Source of the DNA: Rhynchopus sp. YZ270_cl-10
Lineage: Eukaryota
NCBI GenBank assembly: GCA_964035575.1
Contig: OZ037836.1
Coordinates: forward strand, 620,001-684,000
Direction of reading: 5' to 3'
DNA: 64,000 bases
In this document: positions 45,950 to 58,375 of the stretch, piece by piece
Layout of the letters: every line of letters starts with the position of its first letter
Numbering within the stretch: the stretch's first letter is position 1
Translations under genes and position numbers: made by a program
Notes under the pieces: generated by a model
Databases searched by the model: none
The model's input: the letters and a program-made list of their open reading frames with translations, nothing else
What the model was told of the DNA's origin: nothing

Positions 45950-48837
45950 TTAATACGACCCTCCTTCTCGCCTCTGGTCCGTGTCGCGGGGGCGGCTGTT
46001 CTCGTCCGTCGTCGTATCCTTCTTCTCCTCACCGCCATCTGCACGACGATCCTGAGCGTTCCAGGCCTTGTCCTTGGCCTCGCGAGCTGCCTTCTTCAGC
46101 GCCTCGTTCTCCTCCGTGAGCCGCTTGCTCTCCGCTGCCACATAAGCTGCACATTCTGCTCCTTGCACTGCTGCATCGTCTCCTTCATCTCAGCACAGTC
46201 TGCTCTGAGCTGTTTCATGCCAAGAGGCTGCGGCGGCTGCTCGACTGGTGCCGACTGCTGCGGTTGTCCCATCATCCGCTTCTGTGCCTCCAACATCTCC
46301 TTCTGCTGTTCCATGACGCCCTTCATCATCTCCCGCAATTCCTTCATTTCCTTCTTCATCAGCTCGATCTCTTCCTGCGCTGCTGATGAAGCTGCGGGAG
46401 GTGCCGGAGCCGCCGGTGCTCCTGTTGCAGGGTGGGGTCGAGCTGCAGGTGGTGCGTATCCCCTCGCCTTAGCCGCCCACGTGCCAGCGCCGCTCTCTGC
46501 TGCTCCTTGCCTCGGTACTGGGAACTGCGCCAGAGGGATACCCCACGGATTCGCACCCACCTTCTGCACACGACGCCCTTCCTTCACCGCACACACCGTC
46601 AACACCAATCCACCCACCTCCAGCACCCCTTCTGTGCTCGGGCACGGCACATCCGACGTAACCGTCCACTTGTGCCCTCGCGACAGCACCTTCACCGTCC
46701 AGCTCGCCTCCCTCGCCAGCCCCTCACACAACAGCTGGACCGACGTGTTCGCCGGAATTCCCCCAATCTCGTATCGCACGACGACGTCCTCCTGCACAAG
46801 AAGCCTCTTCGCAGCCTCCAAGTCCCCCTTCATGACACGCACCGCGTAGCCCCCTTCCCCTACGGCGAGTCCGCGCACGCTATCCTCCAGGTTCTCCTCC
46901 GCAAGGTCCAGCCGTGCCAGAGCAGACTCCAGCGGTTCTGCCTTCCACAGCAACCCACAGTCCCCGTACTCCTTTGCCTGGAAGAGGTGCCGCACAAACA
47001 CCCCTTCCCGTCCGCTTCTCTTCAGCATGGCGCACACCATGTCCTCCGTCACGTCCACAGACATCTCCATCCATCCTCCTTTCTCCAAGCCGCGTCCACA
47101 CCGCACCCCCTGCAACCCGTACCACCGACGCATGCGTTGCTCTCCCTTTGTGCGTCCTTCTCCCGCCCTGATGAGGGTCCGGCCCATCAGCGTAACCAGC
47201 TTGCTCGTGAACGCAGTACTCTCCTCCACCGGCTTCACCACCTTGTCCAGGTCCGACGTCATGGTGCCCAGCCAGACTTCCTCCATACGTGCGCCTCGGT
47301 CGGTCCGCACTGCCACCTTCACCTTCCTTGTACGTGTCGCACCTGTGCACTTCGCGCGCGAGACAAGCACCACCTGGGGGAGTGTGTGCAGCAATTCCAA
47401 CCCCTGCACGAGTTCACCCGACCACGCAACTGCCGCCACCTGCGTCACCCCTTCCACAATATCAGGTACTGCCTCCCACACCGGAATTTTCCACCCTGGA
47501 GAGTCCAAGACTAAGTTCAGCGGAGCCTCCGCATCCGTGCGCACCGATGGCGCCTTCTTCCTGCCCGTCACAGCAGTTCCCGGTACGTGCAACTGCGGTT
47601 GCCCCACTGCGCACATGATCTCCTCGCCTGTCTGTAGCCCTGTCGACTGCACTGCACCGTAGTGCACTCCTCCCTCGTACGCCAGAACGATGTCCGACTC
47701 CCGGAACGCCAGGTTCGCCTTCTCCGCTGACGCTGACCCCTCCTTCAATGCCCCGTCCGTTGTCCCGTCAATCACCGTAGCCCTCAGCACATTCCCCGGC
47801 CCGACGTCCATCACCACAACACGGATCCGCATCGCCCTCGCAATCGCGTGGAGACACAGATGGTCCCCCCACGTCCCCAGCTGCGCCATCGCGGCCAGGT
47901 ACCCCTCTGCCCCCGCTTCCCCTTCGATGAATGGGCTGTAAAACGCCGCATCCTTCCTCATCACCCCCACCGCCAGCTTGCGGAACCCTGCATGCCCGTT
48001 CGGAGATGACTCCACAGACCACGCCACTGATCGGAAGAGGCAGTCCCCTTTGCCCCCGCATTCCTCCCATCTCATACCCCAACGCTCCAGTAATCCCCGG
48101 ATCCCTGGCTGTGCGGACGGCGCCTGCCTCTCCGTCGTGCATCCCCTGGCGGCGTAGCTTCCTCCTGCCACCAGCTCCGCGCTCGTCCCCGCCGCCGTCA
48201 TCCCCTGCCCCGCCCTCGCACAGTGCAGCACGGAGATCTGTATCCCCCTCTTTTTGAGGTTGGTTATCATCGATCTCACCTTCTCCAGTCGTGGCCTGAG
48301 CAGCTGCGAGTCGCACGGTTGCCCCTCGGAGATCTGCTTCCACACCTGTAGATGTGTCACCCATACACGCGCATGTACTCCTTTCTTGTATGATCCGTCG
48401 GTGACACCCCGCAGCCCCATGAGGATTCCTTCATACGCCGCCTCCGCCTTCGTCACTCCTGCCAGTCGTTTTGTCAACTCCCAGTGCGTCACCGGATCGT
48501 CCTCCGTCGCTTCACGGGCCAGCGCACACAGCCCCGTCGTGTCCCGCACCTTCTCGCCAGGGGCGACCCCAACGAAGACGTCGGGATTCCTCTTCTCGTC
48601 GTCGTCAGCTGCACGCTTCATGCCGCCAGCACCCGGGTACAGCAGTTGGTGCCCAATAGCCCAGTGCGCCAGCTCAGCTGCCGACGTCGTCTCCTCGCTG
48701 CACCTGCAGTTCCAGGAATCGCAACACACAGGCGCCGGCGGGTGTGGGGTCCATTTGGCCGATCCGTGTGACGGATCGTTGCCCGGGATACTCCGCGTGG
48801 AGGCTGGACGTGACTTCGACACCATGTACGAAAACAT
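45950..48837 (-). CDS. LINE ORF1: degenerate RNase H-like + OTU cysteine protease + coiled coil (probable frameshift near 46140)
   Basis: OTU: GKGDCLFRSVA...YLAAMAQLGTWGDHLCLHAIA...LAYEGGVHY (~48070-47650). RNase-HI-like: TKAEAAYEGILMGL...VWKQISEG...ISVLHCAR (~48580-48160). The ORF stops at 46096, but the coiled coil continues in another frame to 45950. Confidence 0.8.
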
Positions 48838-50918
48838 TGTTTATATTCTTTCTTTTTGTGTACGTTGTGTGTATCCCCCAAGGTAGCTAAAGAGCAGCAG
48901 CCGTAAAGAACGTTACGGCCAATTGCTGTCACGTTGGCGAGTGGTGTTAGATCCAGGGTGGCTAAAGAGGTGCAGTCGTAAAGAAAGCCATCGCGAATCG
49001 CCGTCACGTTCTTGAGTGGTGTCAGATCCAGGGTGGTTAAAGAGTTGCAGTCGGAAAGAAAGCCAAAGCCAATCGCCGTCAAGTTGTTGAGTGGTGTCAG
49101 ATCCAGGGTGGTTAAGGAGCAGCAGCCGTGAAGAAAGCTACTGCCAATCGCCGTCATGTGGTTGAGTGGTGTCAGATCCAGGGTGATTAAAGACTCGCAG
49201 TCGGAAAGAAAGTAACTCCCAATCAGCGTCACATTGCTCAACCCAGAGAGGTCAATACTTGTCAACGAGGTGCACCCCTCGAGGAAGTCATCTCCAATCT
49301 GTGTCACAAATGACACAGCACTGAGATCAAGGCGCGTTAACGATGACTCCCTCAAGAACCCATCAGGAATGACAGTCGCAACCTCCGCCTGCAGAAGCAA
49401 ACACGCCACCTCAGGATCTTCCACACTCTGCAACTTCTCGGCTGTGATGTCTGTCTCACCCAACGCATGAAGAGCTGCTATGGCTTCGTACTTCTGTGTT
49501 TTTGTGAGGATGATTGTGTCACCAGCACTCAGCTGCGTCATGTCCGCTCCTTCTCCCATCGCTTCGTCTCCGAAACTCATGCAAAAGCTGTCTTCAGGCA
49601 ACCCCATTGCAGTCGCCACCTTCCGCCGCAAGCCCTCCACTGTGTCATCTTCACCCACCTCAACTGTGTGCTGATTCGCTCTGAAATCCTCGAAGTGCAC
49701 GTCCATTTGTTTGTTGTGGTTTTGTGTTCTGATCTCTGTGTGTGGTGGTGGGGTGTGGAGGACAAGACAAGAAAGACCCCATTTTGCAGGTGAACACATG
49801 TTCGACAACCTCCTTATTGGAGTTTTCTGCAGTTACACCAGCGTCGTCAAGGAAACGGAAGTAGCGACGCACTTCCACCGGGACCACCACCTGGAAGAAG
49901 CCGCAACGTAGGTCGCGGACCCTCCGCAGCACCTCCTCCACTGCAGACAGGTACTGCGACACATGACCGAGCAGCGTGCGGCCACGGGAGGTAGAGGAGC
50001 GAGGTGGCACAGAGCACACAGGGCTCTTCCGTGCAGAACACATTTGAAGGCTTGTGAGCAAGGGTACCGATGCCGCCTTCTTCCTCGATACTCTAAGCGA
50101 CGCTTGCACAACGCGTCGTGTCGGACGTCAATTGGAAGAAGTGCAGGCAGATACATGGTACATCAGACCACCTCTGATCACCAAAGGAGAGAACACTATT
50201 CTCATAGTGTCGTGGAAGGTGTGTTCTGAGGTGGGTAAAGTGTGGTGTATCAGACATAGTGTGTGCGTAGAGCGAGAAAATGTGTTTCATAATGCAAAAG
50301 TAAAAAGAGGGGAGAGGTCACTCAGAGGGCTGACTTCTTTATTTGTTTGTGTTTTGGTTTTTTTGTTGAAAACTTGATTGCAGTAGTGACACCCGAGGAG
50401 AGGCACCACTCTTCCAAATGCTTTGCAGGTGTTTTAGTTCATATCTTTTTTGTTGACTCGGTTGTGTTGCCACAGTTGTGCAATGTCCACTTTTACTTTG
50501 TTCTCATTTGCTTTTTGATCTTGGTAAAGGGCCCTCAAATAAGTTCACCCCCAAATAATAGCGGTTGTCCCGAATAGCTTTATATGTATCCCCAGCCTCC
50601 TGTCCCCCATCTTTCCTTTTTTGAACAAGATGTGGGCGGAGCACATCCCTCTTCTCTTCTTCCCATTCTTCCTTCAACGGAATTTATCCCGATCCTCCTG
50701 TCCCTCAACCCCTTTCCCTGCTTTATGCCTCTGTTTTTGTGTCTTCTTTTGTTTTGTGAAGTTTGTGCAGACGAGTAGAGTAGGCAGTACCTACCGGCCT
50801 GCCTCCCCACCTCTCTTCGTACCCTTCTTCCAGTCCTTCCCTTTATCCCCTCCCACCAGCACACCACGTCGTCATTGTGCGTGTCTCTGTCGTTTGTGTG
50901 CTTGCTCGGGGATTCGTC

Positions 50919-53610
50919 TCAGATGCGTTTCAGACGTGCTTCAACCACAAGCTCACTCAGCTTACCGTTGCTCACTTCCTCGGACACAGCACTGCTGCAG
51001 CCGGAAAGATAAATACTCGTCAACGAAGTGCAGTTATGAGCAAAATCCGAACCTACGTACTGAACCTTGTTGAGTTGTGAGAGGTCCAGTGTGTTCTGGG
51101 AAAGGAGATGGAGCGGACGCGCCGTTGTGTTTGAGTGTCGACCTCAGAGCTATGGCCGCAAACATTGTAGACCTCCACAGAAGCAAGCCTGGTACGATTC
51201 TTGATGAGCTGTCTGCGAATTTCGCGTCGCCTCATACACCAAGCACTCCAGGAATCCTGATAGCAGCGGCAAAAATGCTGAAGGAGGCGAAACGACATTC
51301 GTATCCGGGGTACTCGAAGTACGACCTTCTTGTCATGCATCTTTACACAATGTCTGGTAGCGACATTGATGCGTTGATGGGGTTTGACGTTCCTGAGCAT
51401 GGTACGCCTGAATATGAGATGTACAATGAAGTGCAGAGACGTAATGCGGCTATGTTCCGGGAGGTGAACGGTGCGTTGCGTGCGGCGTCCTTTGAGAAAG
51501 GTGGTACATCAGGGCCTGGATGGGGTGCAGTGCAAAAATGGGTCAAAACCATCTGTTTTTTGCATCAACTCACCGCCCGCGGGACAATCTTCGACACCGA
51601 AAAGGGCTACCTCGCCAGAGGTCTTGCAGGCCTCCCTTCCTCCTCAACCCTAGCACACAGCGAGCTTTCTTCAGGAGACGTCATAACCTGGGTGGCCCCG
51701 TCTTCCTGTTCACTGGATGCCCAAATAGCAGAAAGCTACATCATGGGGGAAGCCGCGAACAGTACACGTAGTGCAGGCGGTGCAGTGCTGTTCAAGGTGC
51801 GTGGACAGATCCCACGGCCGACTATGGGTGGGTCGCTTGAGCACCATCCATTTTCGGGACAGGTTCATTCGGCAGGTGAGTTGTTACACACTCATTATCG
51901 GATGCCGACTTCCATGGCCACCGTCCTGCTGTCTAGATGAACCTACACCCTTTGTGGGATCTGATGAGCGACCACTCGGGCACCTTAAGTCAGCTCTCGG
52001 TTCATCCCGCGCCATCGGTTCTGCTTGCAGCTGTTTCGAAGTACCCTGATGAGGAGGAGATTTTGGTACCACCACTGTCGTACCTGAAGGTGAGCGGGGT
52101 GGTGCAGGACACACCAAACGTGCCGCATGTTGGTCTGCTCTGGACGGGTGTTGAAGAGCTTCTTATAGGTGACCACCCTGAGGGGCCTGTGTACTCGCCA
52201 CGGCGTGGTGGTGGTGGTGTGCGCGTAGTGGTGCTGGTGGTGGCATGCGTACAGTGCGTGGGTTAAGCCCACCCCGTACATGAATGAAGATGCCGCTCCC
52301 ATACACCCCTACACAGAGGGACCGCACGCTGTCCGCATTCCTTCATGTGAACGCAACCCCAGTCAAGAAGCCTGCGCGGTAAAGAGGGTGTGGGAAATAT
52401 GCTAGAAAGCGAAGTATAAAGCAGTGCTTGCGGGATACTGTGCGGAAATCCTATTCGGAAATTATGCCTGTGATAATGAGAGAGAGAGAGAGGGGTCTTG
52501 ACATGTGGTTAAAGAGTTGCAGCCAATCACCGTCACGTTGTTGAGTGGTGTCAGATCCAGGGTGGTTAAAGACTCGCAGCCGTAAAGAAATCTATCGCCA
52601 ATCGCCGTCACGTTTTTTAGTGGTGTCAGATCCAGGGTGGTTAAAGAGCAGCAGCCGTCAAGAAAGCCATCGGGAATCACCGTCACATTTTTTAGTGGTG
52701 TCAGATCCACGGTGGTTAAAGACTCGCAGTCGGAAAGAAAGCCATCGACAATCGCCGTCACGTTGTTAAGTGGTGTCAGATCCACGGTGGTTAATGCGCA
52801 GCAGCCGTAAAGAAAGCCATCGCCAATCGACGTCACGTTGTTAAGTGGTGTCAGATCCAAGGTGGTTAAAGAGCAGCAGCTGGAAAGAAAGCCATCGACA
52901 ATCGACGTCACGTTGGTGAGTGGTGTCAGATCCAGGGTGGTTAATGAGCAGCAGCCGGAAAGAAAGCTATCGTCAATAGACGTCACGCTGTTTAGTGGGG
53001 TCAGATCCAGGGTGGTTAAAGACTCGCAGTCACGAAGAAAGCTATCGCCAATCGCCGTCACGTTGTTGAGTGGTGTCAGATACAGGGTGTCTAAAGACTC
53101 ACAGCCGTAAAGAAAGCCATCGCCAATCGACGTCACATTGCTCAACCCAGAGAGGTCAATACTTGTCAACGAGGTGCAGTACTCGAGGAAGTTGTCTCCA
53201 ATCTGTGTCACAATAGACACAGCACTGAGATCAAGGCGAGTTAACGATGACTCCCTCAAGAACCCATCAGGAATGACAGTTGCAACCTCCGCCTGCAGAA
53301 GCAAACACGCCACCTCAGGATCCTCCACACTCTCCAACTTCTCGGCTGTGATGTCTGTCTCACCCAACGCATGAAGAGTTGCTATGGCTTCGTACTTCTG
53401 TGTTTTTGTGAGGATGATTGTGTCACCAGCACTCAGCTGCGTCATGTCCGCTCCTTCTCCCATCGCTTCGTCTCCGAAACTCATGCAAAAGCTGTCTTCA
53501 GGCAACCCCATTGCAGACGCCACCTTCCGCCGCAAGCCCTCCACTGTGTCATCTTCACCCACCTCAACTGTGTGCTGATTCGCTCTGAAATCCTCGAAGT
53601 GCACGTCCAT
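50919..53610 (-). pseudogene. UBL-LRR paralogue B2, interrupted by a 1410-bp insert
   Basis: ATG at 53610, LRRs to 52504. Removing 51094..52503 and one TGTG restores the frame: ...GCNSLTT|LDLSQLNKVQYVGSDFAHNCTSLTSIYLSGC...KRI*. Confidence 0.85.
51094..52266 (+). CDS. ADP-ribosyltransferase (R-S-E / ARTC-like) domain, probably a 5'-truncated gene fragment with a putative GT-AG intron at 51797..51993
   Basis: MHLYT...FREVNGALR...LARGL (R)...WVAPSSCSLD (S-x-S)...GAVLFK|LSVHPAPSVLLAAVSKYPDEEEILVPP (ExE). Splicing AAG|GTGCGT...GTCAG|CTC joins ORFs 51077 and 51937 in frame. Confidence 0.72.
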
Positions 53611-53902
53611 TTGTTTGTTGTGGTTTTGTGTTCTGATCTCTGTGTGTGGTGGTGGGGTGTGGAGGACAAGAAATACCCCATTTTGCAGGGTTGCAACCCT
53701 GAACAAATGTTCGACAAATGTTTGAAAGCGTCGTTATTGACATTTTCTGCAGTTGTAGGAGTAGCTCAAAGGACTGTGCTGTGTGTGCACACCCCAATGC
53801 GAGGTTTGCATCTGACATGACCTCCACCCTCTCCACCCTCCGCTTCCTCATCAATCAAATGAAATTCGCACCCTGTTCACATTTGGCCAATGCGAACGGA
53901 GT

Positions 53903-54110
53903 CGCTTTGATGGCGGTGTGGGGTTCTGCTGTGGAAAGGAGGACAGATGCAGAAGCCCTGGGGTACGCTGATGACGTGTACGCCGTGGCCGACGTAGAGG
54001 CGCCGGTGCATGACGCTACTCGAGTGACGAAGGAGTTCGTTGTGGGATTCACTACCAAAAAGAAGGTGACCACAAAATTTGGACTGGAGGATGATGCCTT
54101 TTTCCCCGAT
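53903..54110 (+). pseudogene. Diverged RT fragment of the same LINE family as 41099..48877
   Basis: ALMAVWGSAVERRTDAEALGYADDVYAVA...RVTKEF..VGFT..TKFGL...FFPD aligns to ORF2 ALMAVWGSAVTRRTGAIAMGYADDVYAVA... Confidence 0.85.
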
Positions 54111-57100
54111 GTATGCCTAGGGGGGCCCCGCATACACTGGATGCGAGTCGCATGCGAGAATCATACTCAGTAAGACTTTGGTCGTGCGAGAGTGAGCGAG
54201 AATTGTGCGAGAATATTTTGTCAGACCAGACGTGTGTGAGAATGCGAGAATGCGACTGGCATCAGGTGTACCTGTATGCCTAAGGGGGGGGGTAAGGGGG
54301 GGCGACGGAAAAAATACAAAACATCGCAAAATTTAAACTGCACTCCTACTTTTCCTTTTTGTTGTTGTTTCCCAATCCCCCACCAATAAAACAATAAAAA
54401 ACAATAAGGGAAAACAAACTTTTCGTCTGCGTGCGCGTCGGGACGTCCCCCAGAAAAACCCAGGCAGGCATGCAAAAAAAAGTTTGTTTTAAAAAAAAGT
54501 TTTTTTCAAATTGTCCTTCTTTCATGGAGTGAGAACAGGCTTCGCGCTAACTTTTGGGGAAAAAAATCTGCAAAATCGTGTTTGGGACCCAAAAAACGCA
54601 CCTCAAACAGCTGTGAACGTGAAAAAACAGTGTTTTGTGGCATTTCCGAGCCAATCCCGTTCTGTGGTGTGGGATATACGGAAACATGGACACAATTTTA
54701 GTGACTTAAATTTTCACAAAATATGAACCCATACTCGTGAGCAAGGGTCATTTTCAGGTCTGAAAACCCCAACTTCAGATGAAATTATGGTGTTTTTGGC
54801 TGGGAACAGGTAGCGCCGCAGGCGCACGGTACCCAACTTTTTCCCTTTTTGAAAAAGAACAAATTCTTTTTTCTTTTTCTCCGCTTTCTTTTGATTGCGC
54901 GAGCCGATTGCTCTCCACGGTGGGGTCACATGTGTGTGCAAAAACACACTGAAGTACCATTACTAGGAACTATGAGACTCCTCTGGTTTTAGTAAGGAAA
55001 CCTCCGGTCTCAAAAAAAAGTGCAAATGTCCTGTGACTTTTCCGCCCAAGAGGCGTTTTGTTAGATTTCCGAACCAATCCCGGCTTGTGGTGGGGGATAT
55101 ACGGAAACATGGACACAATTTCAGTGACTCAAATTGTCACAAAGTATAAACCCACACTCAACAATCATTTTCAGTACGAAAAGCGAACTTGGCATGAATT
55201 GTAGTGTTTTTACTGGAAACACCAATGTACTGAAGAAGCTATGGTATTGTAGTGATGTCGGTGGGGTTTCAGTGACTACAGAAGAGTGAAAACAAAAAAC
55301 CAGGACGGTTATGGGGGTGCCCTCACACAGCGAGGGTGGAGACGGTTCAGCAGCTCATCATTCGCTGCGGAGCCGGCTTGCAGGTGTGCCCATGGTGTCC
55401 TAATCGATCTTTATCCGTGGGGAGGGGGGATGTGGAGTCGTACTCAAAAGAAAATGAACACTGTACATGAATAAGTACATCATGTTTAAAAATAAAGTAG
55501 GGTAGGGAACAGGTAGCGCCGCAGGCGCACGGTACCCAACTTTTTTCTTTTTTTCTTTTCCCTTTTCTCTGCCTTCTTTTGATTGCGCGAGCCGATTGCT
55601 CTCCATGGGAAAAATTTTTTGGGGGAGGCGGGTGTAGCAGGGGGGTCGGTATTCGCTTTTCCACAGAAAAAACTTTTTTTTGAAAAAAACTTTTTTTTTG
55701 AAAATCTCAAAAAAACCCAGGCACGCAGGACGCGCACGCAGACCAAAAGTTTGTTTTCCCTAAAGACAAAAAGGGAGAGGTTGTGGTGAAACGCACACAC
55801 CTCGACCTGTCGGTGAAGTGTGGCTCTACCTCCAACCCGCCCCACAATAGAAGGAAGGGGTAGGGGTACGGTGTTCAATTTCCTTTTAGCATTGCATGTA
55901 ATCATAGAAAATACTACCGTGTCAATAGCTAGCGTCACCCACACAGGAAAACGGGAAACAAAACCATGTGAGACGGTGCCAGTTGTACGCTTCCACCTTT
56001 TTTATAGTAGGCAATACCTTGTGGTAGGAAATGACCCAAACGTCTGAGACTTTTTGTTTTGTATACAACAGACGAAGCGGTACGTGTACGGTTTGTACGG
56101 AAATAACACAAACCGAAATGATCTGGTGTACAATAAAAAATCACGTCGGAAGAAAAGTTCGGGAGTGTAGGTTTTATTATTTTACTCCCTTCCCCTTCCA
56201 TTGTGTACGCACCCCATTTCTGGAAAAGGGTTTTTTTCCTTTAAGACATCCATTTCTAGGCGTATGACGTAGGTAGCTGTACCAACTAAACAAAAGACGA
56301 ACGGCGGTTTTTATTATTTTGAAATTTTGGTTGTATTAGTGTAGACACCCGAGGATGAACTCCACTCTAAATTATTTTCTTTGAACTGATAATTATTATG
56401 TTCACAAAACAGAGCAAAATAGAAAAGGGAAGAAAGTGAAAGTCCTGAAGTACAGAAAGTGATGTGTGAGAAGGGAGGAGCACAGATGAGGGTAAAACAG
56501 TTAGAGCGACAGTAGCATTTCCCCCTGTCAACTGCTCGTTTGACCTATAAGAAAATAAAAAGATCTTGTACGAGTATGCAATACGTCTGGAAATGAAAGA
56601 CGCGCTCTTCAGTTGTCATGAGTTTTACCGTTTTCCCCTTTCCCCCTTGTGATCCACCTCCCCCCCGTACTTCAGGACACGGGTTTTCGGGGGTCTGAAA
56701 AGAAAATGGATGCGATCAATAAACAACAAACAATGAATAATTATAAATAGGGGGGTGTTTCATTTTCTTTCCTTACTTCAAAAACGCTCTCTTTTTTAAA
56801 AATAATTTTTGGTTTTGGGTGAGACACATCAAAAGGTGTCGGTTCTGTGGAATCACTGAACCACCCATATCCTGCAACAAAAAAACAATAAAAACAATAA
56901 AGACAAAAAGGGAGAGGTTGTGAAACGCACACACCTCGACCTGTCGGTGAAGTGTGGCTCTACTCCAACCCGCCCCAGAATAGAAAAAAGGAACGTAGGG
57001 GTACGGTGTTCAATTTCCTTTTTAGCATTGCATGGAATCATAGAAACATAAAGTTTGATTTGAAATACAACAGCCCTCTCGTGAACAGTGTACCTTGGTA

Positions 57101-58375
57101 CATGACTGGTTGTACCGGGGTGGACACCCAACCATGCAGTCCTAAATATCATTTCGTGATTTACATCTGAATAAACGGAGGGTGGATAGTCTCAGCTTAG
57201 GGTGGCGTTTTTATCATCTCAAGAGCAGGCAAAATACCGTATTTGGTGCTCCTGAAAACCCCATTTTGCGTACTTGCTGCGTACTTGTTGCGCACTTTGT
57301 GCACGAAAAAAAAAAAAATACAGGAATACCCTATATTGCGTACTTATTGCGTACTTGGTATTTTTTATTTCAGGAGCACCAGTATCCGTACAAATTATCG
57401 ACCGTACTACGACCTTTAGGATTTTTTTTCTGGAAGTTCGAACTTTTCTACTGTCGATAATTAGTACCAATCCGGTAGTTACTTTTTTTTACAGCATTGC
57501 AATGGTAAACTGCCGTTAGCCGAGAGACCCCCCACATCGATTTCAATATTATACCTTACTTCACCTTGCGTGACCCTACAGGGGGTGTGAAGGAAGGTTG
57601 TGGATAAAAAAGTATAGGAAAAAAAAGGGGGGGAACAGAACAACAAGTGTACACGCAGCACCAAGGATAACGGATCCAAGGTTGGTGCATCCTCCTTAAG
57701 AGGGTTTTGCATGCGTGCCATACCTCTGTGCTCATACCAAAGGAAAACCAAGCAAAGATTGGTTGCATCACTCACAAGAGGGACCGACGCAAGCACCGAG
57801 TATGCGAGAGTAAAATAAGGGGAAAGCGAGAAAAAAAAAAATGTGCAGTCATGCCAGGATAATAAATCCAAGGTTGGTTGAAGTCGCCCACAAGAGGGTT
57901 CCGCAAGCACAGAGTATATGTAGAGGAAAAGAGGGGGGCAAAGGTGCTGGGGAGAGTAGTCAGTCAGTGTGTGTGTTTTAATTTTGTTTTGTTTGAGGGT
58001 GGGTGGGTGGGTGGGTGGGTGGGGGGGAAAAAAGTTTGTAAGCTGGACGCAAAACAACAGCTCGCACGGCATGTGTGGTAAGGGGGGGCCCTTAAGGCAG
58101 GGTTGGGTGGTATCCACACACTACTACTCCATCATGCCTCCACAAGGTGCAGTAGAGCACTGCGAAGAAGCCTTTGCTCAGAAAAAAAAAAGCACAAAGC
58201 TCACGCAAAGTGAATGCACAACTAGGAAGCATAAATGTAGTAAAGTGTTCGGTAGTGTGCTTCTACCTGGATGTGCTTAGAGATACTTAGAGTACAAAGA
58301 AACGTGGTTTTGGATAACGACAAAAAGGCACTTCAAAAAGCATCGTTCCCCAACAACACCCCCCCCCCCCCCCCC

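Larger units (their letters stand above)
41099..48877 (-). mobile_element. Full-length non-LTR retrotransposon (APE-RT LINE), 7.8 kb, 17-bp TSD
   Basis: CCAAGGTAGCTAAAGAG at 41082-41098 and 48878-48894. ORF1 and ORF2 fill almost the whole element; ~40-nt 5' leader, ~78-nt 3' UTR, no poly(A). Confidence 0.93.
40840..49706 (-). pseudogene. UBL-LRR paralogue B1 (no CaaX), interrupted by the 7.8-kb LINE
   Basis: 5' part 49706..48895 (MDVHFEDFRANQHTVEVG...LDLTPL repeats). 3' part 41098..40840 (SLATLDLTPL...CTSLTSIYLSGC...stop). The parts join through the 17-bp TSD. Confidence 0.88.

Noticed and set aside
42684..47662. Long + strand ORFs (402, 310, 360 aa and others)
   Set aside because: Antisense shadows of LINE ORF1 and ORF2 with no recognisable motifs.
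48618..49808. 396-aa ORF as a complete gene
   Set aside because: It is the 5' half of B1 running into the LINE 5' end; the true 3' half lies at 41098..40840.
51094..52503. Insert as a canonical GT-AG intron of the LRR gene
   Set aside because: Using the nearest GT (GTCAAG) and AG (TTCCCAG) on the minus strand creates an in-frame TAA.
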